Assembly (NCBI GenBank): GCA_012295275.1
Contig: CM022665.1
Coordinates: 47,492,001-47,556,000 of the forward strand
From: Chrysomallon squamiferum
Lineage: Eukaryota > Animalia > Mollusca
Direction of reading: 5' to 3'
DNA length: 64,000 nt
Shown here: piece by piece, positions 59,505-64,000 of the stretch
Numbering within the stretch: the stretch's first letter is position 1
How the letters are laid out: each line of letters starts with the position of its first letter
Translations under genes and position numbers: made by a program
Notes under the pieces: generated by a model
The model's database searches: none
What the model was told of the DNA's origin: nothing
The model's input: the letters and a program-made list of their open reading frames with translations, nothing else

Positions 59505-61230
59505 TAGAAGTAGTAGTTTTTAGTGATAAAACATTTAATAGTTATTATTTCAGTTTATTTAAGTTTATCTAAACAAATAAATAAAAATATATTTCTTATT
59601 GTTCATGAACATCACATCGAATGTGGTCATGTATACAGTACACTCTACACGAGATATAAATATATAGATATATATATATATAATGTCACTAAAAGTTAAT
59701 GACTTATTACATTAACATATTACTTTATTGTTAGCAAAGATTAGTGTTCATATAACAAAGTATTCTGGCTATACTTCTTTCTTTAATTTGAATTCGTAAT
59801 TTTGTTTTATTTAATAAGTGTCTGTTATAATAATAATAATAATAATAATAATAGTAGCAATAATAACGATAACAATAATAACAATAGCAATAACAATAAT
59901 AATGAAAGCAATAATAAAAATAACAAGTACAATAGTAATAATAATAATAATAACAATAACAATAATAATAATAAGAAGAAAAATAACAACAACAATAACA
60001 ATAATAACAAAGGTATCGAACTATTTATCGGGTTTACAAAAACTGGCTATTTTTGAATTAGTCGCACTGTTGTTTTACTTGTGCCAGTTTAAATGAAAGG
60101 GTTGTTGTTCAGTGCAGGTGACGATCCTCTCACAGTAATTCATTAATCGTTTCAATGTACTCTCACTTTCATTTATCATCAGGTCTAAAAGACTAGCTGA
60201 ATCGCATCTTGCCAGTAAAAAGCACATATTACGTTCAGATACATTAAGTGAATTAATAAAAATCGCAGAAGTGTATTGATTTGTATCTGCTAAACGGTTT
60301 CATTCTTTGTTATATTTCAGTGTTAATTTTATATTTTAAGAAAAGATTTTCCCTGTATTCAGAAACAAGAAAAACCCAGAAATCCGAGTCACCTCCCTGT
60401 CCTGATCTTTCTGAATTCAGTGACTCGGTGTCTGTAACAGTTTTAAAAAATCCGCAGCCGAAAATTCCAACACGACAAACTCTCGTCACAAAGATCGTTG
60501 TCCCTGTCTTAGTGCGTAATTCTGTTGTGACAACACAGTCGCGTGAAATGTCGTAGTGGCAGGTGTCGCCCACGTAATCGTTGCTGAGAGAACGTAAGAG
60601 GATTATCACGTGATCGATGGATCGGGGTAAAGATGTAAGATGATGACAGAAATGAATGGCCACGCTTTGGTTACGTCATTGGCCTCAACACCGGCAGGCA
60701 CGGGGATCGCATCTTCGTACCGACGTAGATGAAGTATTAACTGAGGAGGTTGATGATGGTTATAAACTGAGATCTCTGTAACTTAACTTTACACTGGTAT
60801 AAATAAAGAAAACTGATTTGTGAAATAAATGAACACGTCTGAATGGTTGTTACACACAAGCTTGTTAAATTGTTGATTCATCGAATGACTGAGCGAAGGT
60901 TGTTGTTGTTGTTGTTGTTGTTATTATTATTATGCTTAACAAAAAAAAAATACTCCAAAAAGGTCATACACACATATATACATATGTATATATACACAAG
61001 CATACGCATATATACATATACATTCATATATTATTATTATTATAATATATATATATGTCATTTAACTAGAAAGGTAATCGATCCTCTGATACGAAGGTTT
61101 AACCTGTATGATCGATCATACGAAAGAATTACACTATATTAATTATTAATTTAATTTTACACGCAGTCAAAGAATCTGCATTTTTTTTTAAAAAAGTTTT
61201 ATTGTCAGAGTGTTGCTTAGAGATAGAGAC

Positions 61231-61350
61231 AAAAAAAAAAAAAAAAAAAAAAAGGTGTAGTAATTCACACATCCCGACTTTGCGGGTTTCGAGATTTGAT
61301 CCCACTATATATCACTCTTAAACCAAAGTTTTAACCACAGCGCCACGCTG
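61231..61350 (-). mobile_element. Possible degenerate tRNA-derived SINE head
   Basis: On the minus strand: A-box-like TGGCGCTGTGGTT (61345-61333), B-box-like GGGATCAAATCTC (61303-61291), then a T run. No convincing cloverleaf. Confidence 0.3.
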
Positions 61351-61769
61351 ACTGACGTCATACATATTTAATACGTCTATTTTAAAACAGTGAGACGCGT
61401 GTTCTGGTGAAAGACGGGAAACTGAGGTAATTATCACCAGAGGCAATTCTTTGTCCGCTCAAATTAAACTGTAGATGCTGTTCCTTTGTTTGCGTTGTTG
61501 TCAGTGCCGTTGTTTTGTGCACTTTTAAGTCTTATAAATAAATAAATAAGATGGAAATATTTCCATGTGATAAAAAGATTTATCTGAATACTGCCGCTTA
61601 TTTCAATAGCGTAAAGAATATGCACAAAAATCCTACTTAGACTGAGTTGTGTCATTATTTTTATTTTATTATATTTTAATTATAATTATTATGATTATTA
61701 TGATTATTATTATTATTATTATTAAGTTAAAGCATAATAAATAAGTAAGTAAATAAATACATATGTACG

Positions 61770-61947
61770 TATACACACACACAATCCTGGATGAGTGAGT
61801 GTTTACAAATCTTCACAAAATCTTTGTTAAATTAACGACGTACCGGTTGGAAAAATCATATATATATATATATATATAACGGCGTACCGGTTGGTTAACA
61901 AATCTTCACAATATCTTTGTTAAATTAACGGCGTACCGGTTGGAAAG

Positions 61948-61978
<31 letters not shown>

Positions 61979-62095
61979 TACACACACACATACACATTCC
62001 TGTATGAGTGAGTGTTAACAAATCTTCACAATATCTTTGTTAAATTAACGGCGTACTGGTTGGAAAGACATATATATATATATACACACACACAC
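61770..62095 (+). repeat. ~100-120-bp tandem repeat x3 with (TA)n(CA)n cores
   Basis: ACAAATCTTCACAATATCTTTGTTAAATTAACGGCGTACCGGTTGGAAA recurs at ~61805, ~61898 and ~62018. Confidence 0.85.
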
Positions 62096-63556
62096 AGAGG
62101 TGTAACAAACACGTTTGACTTCGAGATCCAGCGTGACTCAGGTATGTTTAATAACACCGACTACAAACACCTCGCTTTGATTAAAAAATGAAATCACGAT
62201 ACGAGGCTAATGCAGCAGGTGTAACGGGGTGGGGTGGGGTGGGGGGTGGGATCTAAGTAAACAAAACTGGTGGGGGGGTAGAAAGCCGACAACCAGGGAC
62301 GTGAAAAAGCAGACATATTGAATTGTTTGGCGAATTTAGATACAACTGAAGAAATCAAATCAAAAATAATATTTCTTGGTGCAGAAGTCGCTGTTTTTAA
62401 ATGAATGAAAATAAATTTTTGATTCATGCCCTTCCCTCAATTTCCGCCCCTGCTATGTTCAATACTTTGATTTCTTCAAGGAACTCAAGACTCGAAAGTG
62501 AAAGAAAATTCTAGAAAAACGTGGCATCCAGGTAGCTAATTAAACCAGGTAGTCCTATCTAATTACCTGCAATCTTAATTAGCTCACATAAACATAATCA
62601 GTGTTAACAAAAGTCTCGTTAAAGAAAAAAAAAATGAAATTTCGTTAGCGGTTTTAAGAAATGTTGATTAAATAGATTTTAATTTATATCGAATGAGATT
62701 AATCATAATAATATTGCGTCAGAAAGATTTAATGTTTATTATCAACAACAACAAAAACAACAAAAAATAAAATAAAATAATAATAATAATAACACTGATT
62801 TATAAAACATAACGACTTTGACAGAAAATGAAAACAGCGAGATGTGTAAATGAACGTGACCTATATAAACACTGTATTATTAAACTTTATAATTAACAAA
62901 GATTTTTCATAGCAACAGTTTGTAAAATAAACGTTATTAACTCACCTCTTGATTATTAGTAGTAATTCACTGACGGTGTTATTTATATACGATATGACGT
63001 CACAAGTCCATACGAAAGAAATATAAACAACGTTATAGCACAGTAGAAATATGTAAAAAAAATTCTACTGTAAATTGCTTTAGATTATCCATGAATTATC
63101 ACAGTCGCTTTATGGCATCAAAATTATATTTTTTATTACTAGAAAATGATTGTCTCTAAAATTATTAAAATAATAATAATTTAGACGTATACAATATGAT
63201 TTTAGTTTATTTGTTCACATTGCTTCATATGAACTTTGCCCTGGACTTAGTGAAAAAACAAAAAAGAAAACATTAAAACAATTAGTAACAAACTTTAGAA
63301 TATTTATTTCTATGAAATAACTAAAAACACAATAAACAAAATGGTTCTGTAGTGATATATATTTTATTAATTTCAAATACAATTATGCGGACATGAAATA
63401 AATACATACTTTACTAAGTGTCAGAACAAAACAGATTGCCCTGACAGAAAAAGGTTAACTTGAGGTATATGTGTTCTGACTTGTTCTGTATATATGTATA
63501 TATATACACAAGAAGTATATAATAATTATTTGATAAAGACAAATACAGTTAAAACA

Positions 63557-63592
<36 letters not shown>

Positions 63593-64000
63593 GTAGTAGT
63601 AGTAGTAGTAGTAGTAGTTGTTGTATTAGTAGTAGTAGTAGTAATAGTAGTAATAATAATAATAGTAGTAGTAGTAGTAATAGTAGTAGCAGTAGTAGTA
63701 ATAATAATAATAATAGTAGTAGTAGTAATAATAGTATAGTAGAATAATAATCGTAATTATAATAATAATAGTAGTAGTAGCAGTAGTAGTAGTAATAATA
63801 ATAATAACAATAGTAATCATAATTAAAATAATCATAGTAACAATAATAATATACAATATATATTTGTGTATATGTGTGTGTATCGATAAACTCATATATA
63901 TATACATATATGTGTGTGTGTATGTGTGTGTATGTGTGAATGTGTGTGTGTACGTATATATTGCTACTATGTAACTATCTACATACCTATACAGGTAGAC

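Noticed and set aside
60281-60663. Overlapping ORFs of 91 and 117 aa
   Set aside because: No identifiable homology or convincing exon boundaries, so they cannot be supported as coding.

Overview
AT-rich, microsatellite-dense animal genomic DNA with spliceosomal introns. A mollusc-like lophotrochozoan source is my inference only. From left to right, the window holds: (1) three 8-exon SLC22/organic-cation-transporter-like paralogues, A (+, 1174-6282), B (+, 10056-14912) and C (-, 22102-17279), with B and C forming a tail-to-tail inverted duplication; (2) an 18-exon COG2 gene (+, 28900-41170) with a GC-AG intron, one apparent frameshift and two garbled exons; (3) an intronless CENP-W-like histone-fold ORF (-, 43241-43005) only 286 nt downstream of a 2-exon SAYSD1 gene (-, 44673-43528); (4) an unidentified GC-rich ORF (+, 57806-58441). 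There are also many minisatellites, a MITE, an RTE-like LINE tail and CTCF/DR1/X-box-like motifs. The strongest leads are a probable SAYSD1-CENPW bicistronic unit with leaky-scanning signatures, recurrent minisatellites built from splice sites, and exon-restricted gene conversion among the SLC22 paralogues. All coordinates and comparisons were made by eye and no database search was run.
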